Positions 7,658 through 17,016 of a stretch of 32,000 nt of DNA are shown one piece after another; within the stretch, counting starts at the first letter, position 1, and each line of letters starts with the position of its first letter. Position numbers and translations under genes: made by a program. Under the pieces are notes generated by a model. That model ran no database searches. It was not told where the DNA came from and was given only the letters and a program-made list of their open reading frames with translations. Source of the DNA: Methanopyrus kandleri AV19 (GTDB taxonomy: Archaea > JAADCQ01 > Methanopyri > Methanopyrales > Methanopyraceae). Where the stretch lies: positions 780,001-812,000 of the forward strand of contig NC_003551.1 of assembly GCF_000007185.1 (NCBI RefSeq), given 5' to 3'.

Positions 7658-9431
7658 TTATGTCGACGAAGCGGATCTCGTCCGGTTCTACCTTCACTAA
7701 CCCTCGATCCGTGAGCCTCAGTTCCGGGACCACCGGAAGGGTCACGAAAGATAGAGCCTGGAACGGATCCCAATCGACACCGGAACTCGATCGAATCAAC
7801 TCGAGCACGTCCTCGTAGGATTTCTTCACCTCCTCGGGGTCCGAGGAGCTCATCAATCCCGCCACGTCCAGTCGTACGAACTCGGCTCGGTCTCCCGCGA
7901 CGGCCCCTACGCACCCTCCCACCTCGGAGACGAGCTGCAGAGCCCTGCGCACGTCATCGAGGCGTCTACCCGCGACCACCACGTTGTGTGAGTCGTGAGC
8001 TACCGTGGACACCACGGCACAGTCGAGTTCCTCGAACCCTTCCACGAACCCTATCGACCAGCTGCCCTGCCCGTATCGGTCCGTCACGACCAGAAACGCC
8101 ACGTCGTCGTCCTTCACCGCTCCGTCCTTGACGGTGATCTCTCGTACGATTTCTTCCGTGCGAATGGAACCTCTCACCAGCCCAACGCACCTGACCTCGT
8201 ATTTCCCGTCCTGAAACGATACTTCTCTCGGGTCGACGGAGAGCTCGACGTCGGGTAATTCGGCCTCCGCGTCTCGGAACCGGACACGTTCCGAACGTTT
8301 GCCTCCGATCCACACGTCCGTGAGTTCCATGTTCTCGTCGAGATCTTCGACCACCACTATGTCGGCATGGAACCCTGGTACCAAACGTCCTGATTGTAAG
8401 CCGTAACACAGGGACGGATTCAACGTGACCGCGCTGAGGGACTCCAGCGGATCGAAACCCGCCTCGATCGCACGCCCTACTATTTTCCGGAGTGATATTT
8501 CGTCCATGTCCTTAACGTGCAGATCGTCGGTAACGAAGCACACACCGCGGAGGTCCTCCAACGTTTCCAGTGCTACTTCCATGTCCTTCGAGGATGAGCC
8601 CTGTCGGACGAAGGTCCAGACTCCGAGCTCTCGTCTTGAGGTGAATTCTTCCGCGGTCGAGCACTCGTGATCGGTCTCAGGACCGGCCGCGAAGTATCGC
8701 ATCGCTTCGAACCCTGTGAGGCCGGGGGCGTGTCCGTCTACCGTCAGACCGTACAGGCTCTTCAGCTCGATGAACTCGTCCTTTTCTCCCTCCATGACTC
8801 CAGCGACGTCCATCAGCTCTCCTACGGAAACTACCATGGGATGGCTCGCAAACTTTCGAGCCACGTCGACCGTGATCTCGCCTTCCACGGTCTCGTAGGG
8901 AGGCCCTAGTGCCGGGACGCACGACGGTAGCGCGATGTAGAACTTAAACGGCAGGGCTTCTTCCGCGGTCTTGACGGCCCATTCAAGTCCGAGCTCGCCT
9001 GAGACGTTCACGACCTCGTGAGGGTCCCAAACGACGGCCGTGGTGCCTTCACGTACGACGATTTCGGCGTATCGGGCCGGCCTCAGTCCGGAACTTTCCA
9101 CGTGGACATGAGCGTCCACGAACCCAGGGCAGATGATCCCGTCAACGTCGATCACATCGGCGTGCTCGGGCTCATTTCGCGTCACTCCAAGCAGCCTACC
9201 TCCGTCCCAGATCACGTACCCGGTTCGAATTCCCGAGAACCAAGGGTCAACGAATCGACCTTGGAACGCTCGCGACTCGTTTCCCCCCGCGGGTACAGCA
9301 GGGAGGTAGGCGCGCGGGATCACGGTCGGGCCACCGACGGCCCTCTCACCCGCACACCTGTGGCCCGGCGGAGCCCACGCGGGATCATCCTCGGGATCCC
9401 CGCGTCCCCCGCGCCGGTTCGACCGGGCCAT
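7632..9431 (-). CDS. ade: Adenine deaminase (amidohydrolase superfamily)
   Basis: Contains ICPGFVDAHVHVESS, DGHAPGLTG and TDHECSTAEE, and the length is about 600 aa. The first ~40 codons (MARSNRRGGRG..) look non-conserved, so the true start may be an internal GTG (VIPRAY). Confidence 0.8.
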   Translation of the reverse strand: MARSNRRGGRGDPEDDPAWAPPGHRCAGERAVGGPTVIPRAYLPAVPAGGNESRAFQGRFVDPWFSGIRTGYVIWDGGRLLGVTRNEPEHADVIDVDGIICPGFVDAHVHVESSGLRPARYAEIVVREGTTAVVWDPHEVVNVSGELGLEWAVKTAEEALPFKFYIALPSCVPALGPPYETVEGEITVDVARKFASHPMVVSVGELMDVAGVMEGEKDEFIELKSLYGLTVDGHAPGLTGFEAMRYFAAGPETDHECSTAEEFTSRRELGVWTFVRQGSSSKDMEVALETLEDLRGVCFVTDDLHVKDMDEISLRKIVGRAIEAGFDPLESLSAVTLNPSLCYGLQSGRLVPGFHADIVVVEDLDENMELTDVWIGGKRSERVRFRDAEAELPDVELSVDPREVSFQDGKYEVRCVGLVRGSIRTEEIVREITVKDGAVKDDDVAFLVVTDRYGQGSWSIGFVEGFEELDCAVVSTVAHDSHNVVVAGRRLDDVRRALQLVSEVGGCVGAVAGDRAEFVRLDVAGLMSSSDPEEVKKSYEDVLELIRSSSGVDWDPFQALSFVTLPVVPELRLTDRGLVKVEPDEIRFVDIITDGDPVE

Positions 9432-9453
9432 GGTGCTCGGTAGGGAAGGAGAC

Positions 9454-10515
9454 CTATGAACTTACCGCTAGTTTCCTCAGATTTCGGATGTACAGGCAGG
9501 AAGTTACCAGGAAGTGGTACAGAATCGATGTTCCTAGGAGGTACCTCGCGGCGGCGTTTCCTACAGGGAGATCGGTGGTAGGTGGTGGTGGGATGAACAA
9601 CTCTCTGATACTGTACCGGCGCCCATCCTCCGCGTTGTAGTACTCCTTCGTGGTTACTATGGACACCGCTGAGGCGGTGAGAAAGCAAGCGGCCGTCGAG
9701 AGGACCATAGCTCCTTGCTTCCACGATATCAGGCACACCATCGGGCACCCGACGGCCCAGTAGTTTGGGTTCACCACCTTGGAGAACGCTAACAACGCTA
9801 GTCCGATGCACCCGGCCGCGAGTTCTGGATTCCCTCGCATTGCTAGCGGAACGACGACGGAGAGCGTCCCGACGGCGGCTTCGATCCCTGGACATCCGGG
9901 TAACAGAGTCCATATGGAACAGTTCTGAGGAGAACGGTTGACTTGAAAGATTATGACATCGTGGACGAAGTCCCAACCGTTAGCGATGAGGTAGGGTCCG
10001 CAAATTAGTACGGAAGCGAGGAGAAACGTGGGAATCGATTGCCGCCGGAGGAACGGAAGGGCGACTATACCGGCAGTTGGCTTCATCCATAACGCCGTCG
10101 CTGCGCATAAGCCGGCCAGCTTACCTTCACATACTGCGGTGGCCAGCGCCGGTACCATCGAGATAGTGTCCAGTTGCCAGAACACACACGGGTACGCCAT
10201 TGAGGCGGCGACCACCAACGTTCCGACGTTCCCAACCCCGGCTCGCCGGATCAGGTAGATGCACATTATGGCGCCGAGCCACGCCGGCACCTTCCACAAC
10301 ACTCGGAACTCCCAAGTGTGGGGGCTAAGCCCCAGTGTGTGGGTGCCGATGTACCACACGAGGGCGGGTAGCAGCGATCCTAGTGGGGGATAATGGACGT
10401 CAGTCGCCGAGTAATACGAGAGAGGACGGCTGCACACGACAGGACACCAGCGCATCCACTTCTCGAAGTCCGGCGCGTAGACCACCGTTAACAGCCACCA
10501 TAGCAGATCCTTCAT
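9454..10515 (-). CDS. Polytopic integral membrane protein, possibly a GT-C-type glycosyltransferase (DUF2029-like)
   Basis: The 353-aa product has about 9-10 hydrophobic segments, an N-terminal loop with DFEKW..YYSATDVHYPPLG, and a strong GGAGGTG Shine-Dalgarno site 5 nt before the ATG. The family assignment is a weak recollection of motifs. Confidence 0.6.
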   Translation of the reverse strand: MKDLLWWLLTVVYAPDFEKWMRWCPVVCSRPLSYYSATDVHYPPLGSLLPALVWYIGTHTLGLSPHTWEFRVLWKVPAWLGAIMCIYLIRRAGVGNVGTLVVAASMAYPCVFWQLDTISMVPALATAVCEGKLAGLCAATALWMKPTAGIVALPFLRRQSIPTFLLASVLICGPYLIANGWDFVHDVIIFQVNRSPQNCSIWTLLPGCPGIEAAVGTLSVVVPLAMRGNPELAAGCIGLALLAFSKVVNPNYWAVGCPMVCLISWKQGAMVLSTAACFLTASAVSIVTTKEYYNAEDGRRYSIRELFIPPPPTTDLPVGNAAARYLLGTSILYHFLVTSCLYIRNLRKLAVSS

Positions 10516-10524
10516 TCCGCCACC

Positions 10525-10587
10525 TCCGGATCAGTAGCTCGTGCCTTCCTCATCCGGCTCGGCGAAGGCCAGACTCATCATCCCTGG
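10525..10587 (-). ncRNA. Candidate C/D box sRNA (2'-O-methylation guide)
   Basis: The minus strand reads ccaggg-ATGATGA-gtctggccttcg-CCGA-gccgg-ATGAGGA-aggcacgagcta-CTGA-tccgga. That is box C, a 12-nt guide, box D', a 5-nt spacer, box C', a 12-nt guide and box D, 51 nt from C to D. A short terminal stem is possible (GGG / UCC). The element lies in the only large intergenic gap (10516-10662). Confidence 0.65.
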
Positions 10588-10662
10588 AGTAAGAATCATC
10601 GAGTAAGGATCGTTATGGTTTCGATAACAATTCCAGCTGGGGGCGTAAGAAGATGTGGGGGT

Positions 10663-11670
10663 TTAGGCGAGGTACCCCGCGATCGGCGAGGCCAGCATCG
10701 TCAGCAGCTGGTCCAGAGCCTTGACCACTGGCGCCACGATCTGCGCTGCGGTCGCTACGCCCTTGTCAGCCAGGTATCCTAGCACCGTGCTCACGGTCGG
10801 TAGCGCCAGGCCGACTGCGCTAGCCTCGGTGATTACAGCTGAACCCTCTAGTCCTAGTTCCTGTGCCAGGTCTACGAGTGGGTTCTCCACGTCACCTACG
10901 CCTAGCGCGTACAGCAGCGGCGCTACTACCGCGCCCGCCATGGTGCCCACGTCGAGCATCGACAGCGTGTTCGGCATCACGTTGTGGTCCAGACCCCAAC
11001 CTGCCAGCAGGTCGGTTGCCAGCACCATCGCCGGTAGAACGGCACCTACGTCGTTCTCAGCGAACTCCCTGAGTCCTAGGTCGTCCAGGAAGTTCTGTAG
11101 GTCCGTCTTGTAGCCTAGCATGTCGCTGAGTGGGTATCCCATGAACGGGTCCAGTAGCATCAGCGCTGGCACCGCTAGCAGTAGGTCCTTGACCACGGCT
11201 CCCGCCAGGTGTGTCGGAATCGCCGGCTTCGGAGCTACTACGGTCACCTCGACGCTCTGCGTGGCGGTTCCACCGGTGATCCCGTACTGCGGTAGGTCTG
11301 GGAACTTCGCGGTCACGGTGATCGTGTGCTTACCTTCAGTCAGTTTCAGGGTCGTGCTCACGGTCCGGGTGTCTCCGAGCTTGTACGGCGGGTTGATCGT
11401 CTTCGTGTCCACTGTCTGCCCGTCGACTGCGAACGTCACCGTGGTTGGGGTGCGCTTGATCGTGTACGGGTAGTTACCCGTCCAGGTGATTGTGGCCGTC
11501 ACGGTTACGTCGGCGGTCGTCTGGCCCTTCTCCAGCTGCACTTCGGATGGTGCTTCTACGGACTGGATCTGCGGCTTGATGGTGTACTTGCCTGAGTAGA
11601 CCTTGGCTTCGGCGCCGCCCACTAGGGCGACGGCCAGCGCCACGGCCAGCGCCAGAAGCACGCGCTTCAC
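10663..11670 (-). CDS. Secreted/envelope protein with signal peptide, Thr-rich beta-sandwich (CARDB-like) domain and hydrophobic Ala/Leu/Gly-rich C-terminal half
   Basis: It has a GTG start with a GGGGGTGA Shine-Dalgarno site. The signal peptide is MKRVLLALAVALAVALVGGAEA. It is followed by ..TADVTVTATITWTGNYPYT..TVTFAVDGQTV..GKHTITVTAKF.. and then ~190 aa with several hydrophobic stretches. I recognise no family beyond the fold-level resemblance. Confidence 0.65.
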   Translation of the reverse strand: MKRVLLALAVALAVALVGGAEAKVYSGKYTIKPQIQSVEAPSEVQLEKGQTTADVTVTATITWTGNYPYTIKRTPTTVTFAVDGQTVDTKTINPPYKLGDTRTVSTTLKLTEGKHTITVTAKFPDLPQYGITGGTATQSVEVTVVAPKPAIPTHLAGAVVKDLLLAVPALMLLDPFMGYPLSDMLGYKTDLQNFLDDLGLREFAENDVGAVLPAMVLATDLLAGWGLDHNVMPNTLSMLDVGTMAGAVVAPLLYALGVGDVENPLVDLAQELGLEGSAVITEASAVGLALPTVSTVLGYLADKGVATAAQIVAPVVKALDQLLTMLASPIAGYLA

Positions 11671-11706
11671 GGCGGTTTCACCCCCAGCCTCCGGTGGTCC
11701 GGGGCG

Positions 11707-11714
11707 TTATATTA
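11707..11714 (-). promoter_or_regulatory. Possible TATA box for the 10663-11670 gene
   Basis: The minus strand reads aaaaaggTAATATAAcgcc, about 22 nt upstream of the Shine-Dalgarno site and about 37 nt upstream of the GTG. It is the only AT-rich element in the 70-bp gap after ilvC. Confidence 0.25.
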
Positions 11715-11740
11715 CCTTTTTGGGAATTTTCGGCATGGGC

Positions 11741-12745
11741 CTAGTCCTCAAACCCCATCATCTTCCTCAACCGCTCGCCTACCTTCTCGATTTCGTGGTT
11801 CTCTATCTCCTCCCGGAGACGCTTCATGACGATACGACCGGACTCGTTCTCGAGTGTCCACTCACGGGCGAACTCACCGCTTCGGATTTCTTCCAACACC
11901 TTCCGCATCTCCTCCTTGTTGATGATGCGCTTGCCTCTAGTGAGCCCGCCGTACTCCGCAGTGTTGGAGACGTTATCGAGCATTCCACTGAGGCCTTTCT
12001 CGTAGATCAGGTCGACGATGAGCTTCAGCTCGTGTAACGTCTCGAAGTAGGCGACCTCGGGCTGGTAACCCGCTTCGACTAGGGTCTCGAACGCGTAGAG
12101 GATCATGTACAGGACTCCACCGACTAGGTCTACCTGCTCGCCGAAAAGGTCGGTCTCCACTTCCTCCCGGAACGTCGTCTTGATCACGCCGGCGCGGGTG
12201 AACCCCATCGCCTTGGCCATGGCGAGGGCCAGGTCCATCGCCTCGCCGGTGTAGTCTTGGTGTACGGCCACTAGGGCCGGAGTACCGAATCCTTCGGTGT
12301 ACAGCTTGCGGACCATGTGTCCCGGCCCTTTCGGGGCCACCAGGATGACGTCGACGTACTCCGGGGGCTCGATGAGGCCGTAGTGGATGTTGTAGGCGTG
12401 GCTGAAGCCGAGCGCGTTCCCCTTCTCCAGATTGTCGTGGATGTGCTCGCGGTAAACCTGCGGCTGTACCTCGTCGGGGATCAGTATGTGGACCACGTCG
12501 CCGGCCTCGGCGGCTTCCGGGATCGGCAGCACTTCGAAACCGTCCTTCTTGGCCCGCTCCCAGGATGGTCCTCCCTCACGTACGCCGATGATAACGTCTA
12601 TACCGGAGTCCCGGAGGTTCTTCGCTTGGGCCTCACCCTGCGATCCGTACCCGATTACCGCCACCGTTTTGTCCTCGAGGGGTTCGAGGGAGGCGTCCTC
12701 ATCGCCGTAGATCTTGGCCACCCTGTGGTCCCCCTCACGACCCAC
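11741..12745 (-). CDS. ilvC: Ketol-acid reductoisomerase
   Basis: Contains [27 protein letters not shown] (NADPH site), ..LFGEQ.., and a class I length of 334 aa. Confidence 0.95.
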   Translation of the reverse strand: MGREGDHRVAKIYGDEDASLEPLEDKTVAVIGYGSQGEAQAKNLRDSGIDVIIGVREGGPSWERAKKDGFEVLPIPEAAEAGDVVHILIPDEVQPQVYREHIHDNLEKGNALGFSHAYNIHYGLIEPPEYVDVILVAPKGPGHMVRKLYTEGFGTPALVAVHQDYTGEAMDLALAMAKAMGFTRAGVIKTTFREEVETDLFGEQVDLVGGVLYMILYAFETLVEAGYQPEVAYFETLHELKLIVDLIYEKGLSGMLDNVSNTAEYGGLTRGKRIINKEEMRKVLEEIRSGEFAREWTLENESGRIVMKRLREEIENHEIEKVGERLRKMMGFED

Positions 12746-13028
12746 TCACGATGCCTTCCTTCATGAGGTCCAGGAGGCCGGCTTCCTCCAGCGCCTCCTT
12801 GACCTCCTCGTCGGACGCGCCCCGGTCGATGTCGACTTTCTCCGGTGTCGGCTCCAGGTGCTTGATGTTACAGCGACGACGCTTGACACCGGTCACGTCC
12901 TTGGGTCCTGTGATAATCACGAAATTCTCATCAACGATGTCCACGACGACACAGTACTTGCCCGCCTCTCTACCCGCGGTCTTCACGCAGATCCTTCCCA
13001 CCTCGATCGGCGCCGGCATGCAGATCAC
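12735..13028 (-). CDS. rpl14e: 50S ribosomal protein L14e
   Basis: Contains [39 protein letters not shown] (KOW/SH3-like). The likely start is the second ATG at 13019. The gene overlaps the ilvC start by 11 nt. Confidence 0.9.
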   Translation of the reverse strand: MICMPAPIEVGRICVKTAGREAGKYCVVVDIVDENFVIITGPKDVTGVKRRRCNIKHLEPTPEKVDIDRGASDEEVKEALEEAGLLDLMKEGIVSGS

Positions 13029-13045
13029 CCCGGGGAGTTCGTCGA

Positions 13046-14548
13046 TTGGCGACAGTAGTAATGAAGAGGCTGATCGCGGTCACCTTGGTCGCCGGCTTAA
13101 CAATATTATCCTTCTGCGGATACGAATCGGTCGCAAAAGCTCCCACGTGGAAAGACGCAGAGCGCGCCTTGTATCACTACGGTCTATGCTTGGTCCTGTC
13201 AGCGTGTTCGATCCGGCGGGTTCCAGGGTACTCGTCCGTGAACATACTACTACATGGGTACTCCGGGACGTCCCCCTCTCCGGTTCCCCTCCGGTGGTGG
13301 CTCGCATGGCAGACGGCCAAAGTGATCGGCCTCTCCATACTACTTTCTGGGTTTCCGGCCCTGGAGGTGCTGAAATGGATACTCTCCGGTGATCCGAGTC
13401 GGTGGGTACTCGCCGCGGCGGTACTGTTCGGACTTGTTTTCAAGGTCCGAGCGTTCATGAGTGTACTGTCTCAGCTAGCCGTCACTATACTTGACATCTC
13501 CGAGTATCGGGCCGATAAGAGGCTCCTACAGTCCGCCTTGGTTTCTCACGGATTACGCACGATCTCGTTGCTCCTCGTGTATCTAGCCGTTGTGCTTATC
13601 ACGTACCCCGTGATCTCACTGTGTCTTCTTCCAATGATCATCACACTAGGCTGGATCGCCTGGTACCTGCACAAGATGTCGCGTCTTCCGTGGAAGGACC
13701 ACATCCAGGTGTGTCGAGTGCTCAAAAACCGCCTCAGGCCCGTCCTGGTGAGTTCCCTACTACTCTGCTCCGTAACCTTCACCTTAGGCCTGACTACGGA
13801 TTATTTTACTAACGTCAGTGTTCGAATCTGGGAGTACGTCTCGGGGGAGCACGTCAGGACGGTCCACACCCTCGTACCTGCGGTGCTCTTGGATCAAACC
13901 TCGCTGCGGCGAATCGCCGAAACACACCGGGCGGATATGTCTTTCCTAACCCTAGACGTACTGCGGGATAGGGTGGTCGTGCTCATAGGAGGGGAAAGTG
14001 GGCAAGCCACCGCCATAGATCCAAGAACCGGTAGATCGTTGGGATCACAGAAGCTGCCGCCCGAACTCCGTGAGTCGAGTGTCGAGGCTCTAACCGAGGA
14101 CCTGGAGTACGCTTATCCGTACCTTCGGGCGGGATTGCCCGTACTGTACTCTGGTAAGCTGACGGTATCCGGATGGGTCGTCGCCGACGTTTGGATACCG
14201 TTCGCCGGCTACACTCTGATGATCCCTGAAATCACGTTAGAAGTTCGGGGCAGGGGGTTCAAACCCACCGAAGCTCCGGCGTTCCCCGGCGTTGATTGGG
14301 GCATTACCTGGTATCCCGCACGTCTGGACGGTCGGATCGTTCCCGTGGTAATCCCCTCGACGGTCTGCTTCACTAGTTCCATCAGGGTGCCCGGAAGCCT
14401 CGTAATACCGCTGTACGGACCCACCGCGGTCCGAGTGTGGCTCCACCAGCCCTGTTTCATCGAGATCGAGCGTGATCGTGTATACGTACTGAAACCCGAG
14501 TACTACCCGGATGGTATCTTAATGAAAGTCGAGAAAATCCGGGTGTAG
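13046..14548 (+). CDS. Uncharacterised membrane protein (N-terminal ~270 aa polytopic, C-terminal ~230 aa soluble beta-rich domain)
   Basis: The 500-aa ORF has at least 6 hydrophobic segments followed by a non-hydrophobic C-terminal region. An alternative start at 13061 ([20 protein letters not shown]) is possible. The gene ends 11 nt before the helicase gene. I recognise no family. Confidence 0.6.
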   Translation: MATVVMKRLIAVTLVAGLTILSFCGYESVAKAPTWKDAERALYHYGLCLVLSACSIRRVPGYSSVNILLHGYSGTSPSPVPLRWWLAWQTAKVIGLSILLSGFPALEVLKWILSGDPSRWVLAAAVLFGLVFKVRAFMSVLSQLAVTILDISEYRADKRLLQSALVSHGLRTISLLLVYLAVVLITYPVISLCLLPMIITLGWIAWYLHKMSRLPWKDHIQVCRVLKNRLRPVLVSSLLLCSVTFTLGLTTDYFTNVSVRIWEYVSGEHVRTVHTLVPAVLLDQTSLRRIAETHRADMSFLTLDVLRDRVVVLIGGESGQATAIDPRTGRSLGSQKLPPELRESSVEALTEDLEYAYPYLRAGLPVLYSGKLTVSGWVVADVWIPFAGYTLMIPEITLEVRGRGFKPTEAPAFPGVDWGITWYPARLDGRIVPVVIPSTVCFTSSIRVPGSLVIPLYGPTAVRVWLHQPCFIEIERDRVYVLKPEYYPDGILMKVEKIRV

Positions 14549-14559
14549 GGGAAACGAGC

Positions 14560-17016
14560 GTGATAACCGTAGTGTTCACGGGGTACAAGGGTGGGAAGCT
14601 CAGGTTCGTGCTGGCAGAGGGTGACCCGGAGGACGGTGCCGAGATTTCGATCGAGGGTCACCTGGAGCTCTCCGGAGGCGGTGAACCCGTTCGAGGGGTT
14701 CTGGGCGGAGAACCGACGCCACCCGACCGCGTGTTAAGCGAGCTACAGAAAGCGGACAGGAAGATAGCCCTCCCCGACGTTGCGGAGGTGGTCGATCGAG
14801 TTCTGGGGGAGAAAATCGAGGTTAAGGAGCTCTGTCGGAGATGCCTCGCGTCCGATCGAGTGACCGTGTTGAAGCACGGGTACCGGTTCGGTGAAGTCGA
14901 AGTGTGCGGGCGCTGCGCCCGTGAGATTCTGGAGGAGGAGTTGAGGTTCCGAGTACCCGGCTTCTCCCAGACTCTTCTCGAGAAGCTCGAGAGACTCCTA
15001 CATGAGCTCCGCGACATAGATCGCGTCGTGGAGATGGTGGATCCGGCGTTCGATCCCGCCGAAGAAGAGGAGAAGACGCGGTGGGAGATTGTAGAGGCCG
15101 AGGACGAGGAGGAACACCGTCTCCCACTGACCGAGCTCGACATCCCGGAGGAATTGCGTCGAGTTCTCGAAAGGATGGGGTATCAGGAGCTGACTCCTGT
15201 CCAAACGAAGTGCGTCGAGCGAGGACTCCTCGAGGGCCGGAATCTGCTGGTCGTCTCTCCCACGGGTTCCGGTAAAACGCTGGTAGCGGAGCTCGCCGGA
15301 CTCACCGAAGTCCTCCGAGAAGGTCGTAAGATGGTTTACCTGGTACCGCTCGTGGCCCTGGCGAACCAGAAGCACCGGGAATTCATGGAAAAGTACGGAC
15401 GACCGTTAGGGATAGGTGTCAGGCTACAGGTCGGCGCGGCGAGATTGAAGGAGTTCTCTGGACCCGAACGTGGTCCGTCGCCGCGTGACGCCGACATCAT
15501 AGTCGGCACCTACGAGGGGTTCGACCTCCTCCTTCGAACTGGGGCCGTAGATCCCGACGATATCGGTGTCGTAGTAATCGACGAGGTACATACGCTGGCT
15601 GACGAGAGAGGTCCACGCTTGGACGGTCTCGTATGCAGGCTTAAGACGCTAACCGGTGCGCAGTTGTTGGGTCTCTCGGCCACCGTGGGGAACCCCGAAG
15701 AACTCGCCGAGTACTTGGATGCTGAACCGATAGTTCACAACCGCCGCCCCGTACCCCTAGAGTACCACCTCGTGATCAATCAAGATCGCCGACAGAAGTG
15801 GGATAGAATCGCCAGACTCGTGGAGTCGGAGTGGGAGACCGAGTACTCCACGGGGTATAGGGGTCAGACTATTGTCTTCACGTATTCGCGCAGAAACACA
15901 CATCGATTGGCCGATCTCCTCAATGAGAGAACGGGACTAGATGTCGCCCCTTATCACGCGGGACTCCCCTACGACCGGCGCCGCTCCATCGAACGAGCCT
16001 TCGAACGCGGTGAACTGGCCGCGGTCGTAACCACGGCAGCCCTCGGGGCCGGCGTGGATTTCCCGGCCTCGCAGGTTATCTTCGAGAGTCTGGCTATGGG
16101 TATCGAATGGCTCACACCGCGCGAATTCCAGCAGATGGCCGGTCGTGCGGGCCGACCCGGGTATCATGACCGTGGTAAAGTCGTTCTGATGGTCGAGCCG
16201 GGCCGCCGTTACCACCGTTCTCAAAGTGAGACCGAGGACAAGGTGGCTTTCACGCTCCTCGAGTCCGAACCGGAACCCGTAGAAGTCGAGTACGATGACG
16301 AGGACGAGAGAGAGCAAGTGCTTGCACACCTCGTCAGCGGGGCGGCGAAGTCTCCGGGCGAGCTCGAACGCGTATGTGACGAATCACTAGGCTTCGCTGG
16401 GGATCCGATGCGTAGGGTGAAAGAGCTCCGGGAGATGGGTTTCGTCAAAGGACTCGAGCCTACGGAGAAAGGCCGTGTCGCGGCTCGCTACTTCACGGGT
16501 CCCAGAACCGTCCACGAGCTGTCCGCCAGGGCGGGCTCGGATCCTCTGAGGGCGGTCGCCTCGGTACGTCCGTTCGAGAGGTTCCAGCTGTCACCGTCGA
16601 TCAAGCGTGCGGTAGAAAGGGTCACCCGCATGTCGGTTCCATCGAGACTGGACGACGCTCTGAGCGTGATACACTCGGAGCGGAAGGAGGTGATCGAGAG
16701 GCTTCCGCCCAAGGAGAAGCAGAAGCTGGTCTCGCTGATGAAGGAGTTAGACTGTGGGTGTGATGCCTTCCCTCACTGCGAGCACGTCAGCCAGCGCGCG
16801 TCGGAGCTCGCGCTGAAGGTGCGGCTCGAGGGGAAATCCGTGTACGCCATCCCTAGGATCTTGGAGGGCAGGTACGGGATAACGGCGTACCCTATCGACA
16901 TCGCGAACTGGTTGGAGGAGGTCGTGCGGCTCTTGGAATGTGCCGGTGAGATCGCGGAGGAACCGGAGATGGCGGCGGCCGCTGAGGCGCTGGCCGATCC
17001 GTGGTCAGAACGGTAG
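14560..17016 (+). CDS. Large SF2 DEAD/DEAH-box helicase (Ski2/Hel308-like core) with N-terminal zinc-ribbon domain
   Basis: Contains Walker A VSPTGSGKT, VIDEVH (motif II), SAT, and motif VI QMAGRAGRPG. An N-terminal CRRC..x..CGRC zinc ribbon and a C-terminal CGCDAFPHCEH cluster are present. The architecture resembles the conserved methanogen helicase family (MJ1401-like), as I recall it. Confidence 0.9.
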   Translation: MITVVFTGYKGGKLRFVLAEGDPEDGAEISIEGHLELSGGGEPVRGVLGGEPTPPDRVLSELQKADRKIALPDVAEVVDRVLGEKIEVKELCRRCLASDRVTVLKHGYRFGEVEVCGRCAREILEEELRFRVPGFSQTLLEKLERLLHELRDIDRVVEMVDPAFDPAEEEEKTRWEIVEAEDEEEHRLPLTELDIPEELRRVLERMGYQELTPVQTKCVERGLLEGRNLLVVSPTGSGKTLVAELAGLTEVLREGRKMVYLVPLVALANQKHREFMEKYGRPLGIGVRLQVGAARLKEFSGPERGPSPRDADIIVGTYEGFDLLLRTGAVDPDDIGVVVIDEVHTLADERGPRLDGLVCRLKTLTGAQLLGLSATVGNPEELAEYLDAEPIVHNRRPVPLEYHLVINQDRRQKWDRIARLVESEWETEYSTGYRGQTIVFTYSRRNTHRLADLLNERTGLDVAPYHAGLPYDRRRSIERAFERGELAAVVTTAALGAGVDFPASQVIFESLAMGIEWLTPREFQQMAGRAGRPGYHDRGKVVLMVEPGRRYHRSQSETEDKVAFTLLESEPEPVEVEYDDEDEREQVLAHLVSGAAKSPGELERVCDESLGFAGDPMRRVKELREMGFVKGLEPTEKGRVAARYFTGPRTVHELSARAGSDPLRAVASVRPFERFQLSPSIKRAVERVTRMSVPSRLDDALSVIHSERKEVIERLPPKEKQKLVSLMKELDCGCDAFPHCEHVSQRASELALKVRLEGKSVYAIPRILEGRYGITAYPIDIANWLEEVVRLLECAGEIAEEPEMAAAAEALADPWSER

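Noticed and set aside
9320-9976. 218-aa minus-strand ORF spanning the ade start and the 3' part of the membrane-protein gene
   Set aside because: It is an out-of-frame overlap with two better-supported genes and gives an Arg/Ser/Pro-rich translation.
16735-16790. CUGAUGA ... GUGAUGC ... CUGC motifs inside the helicase gene, considered as a C/D sRNA
   Set aside because: Box C lacks the 5' purine, D' and D are not CUGA-like, the second guide would be only 9 nt, and the region encodes a conserved Cys cluster.
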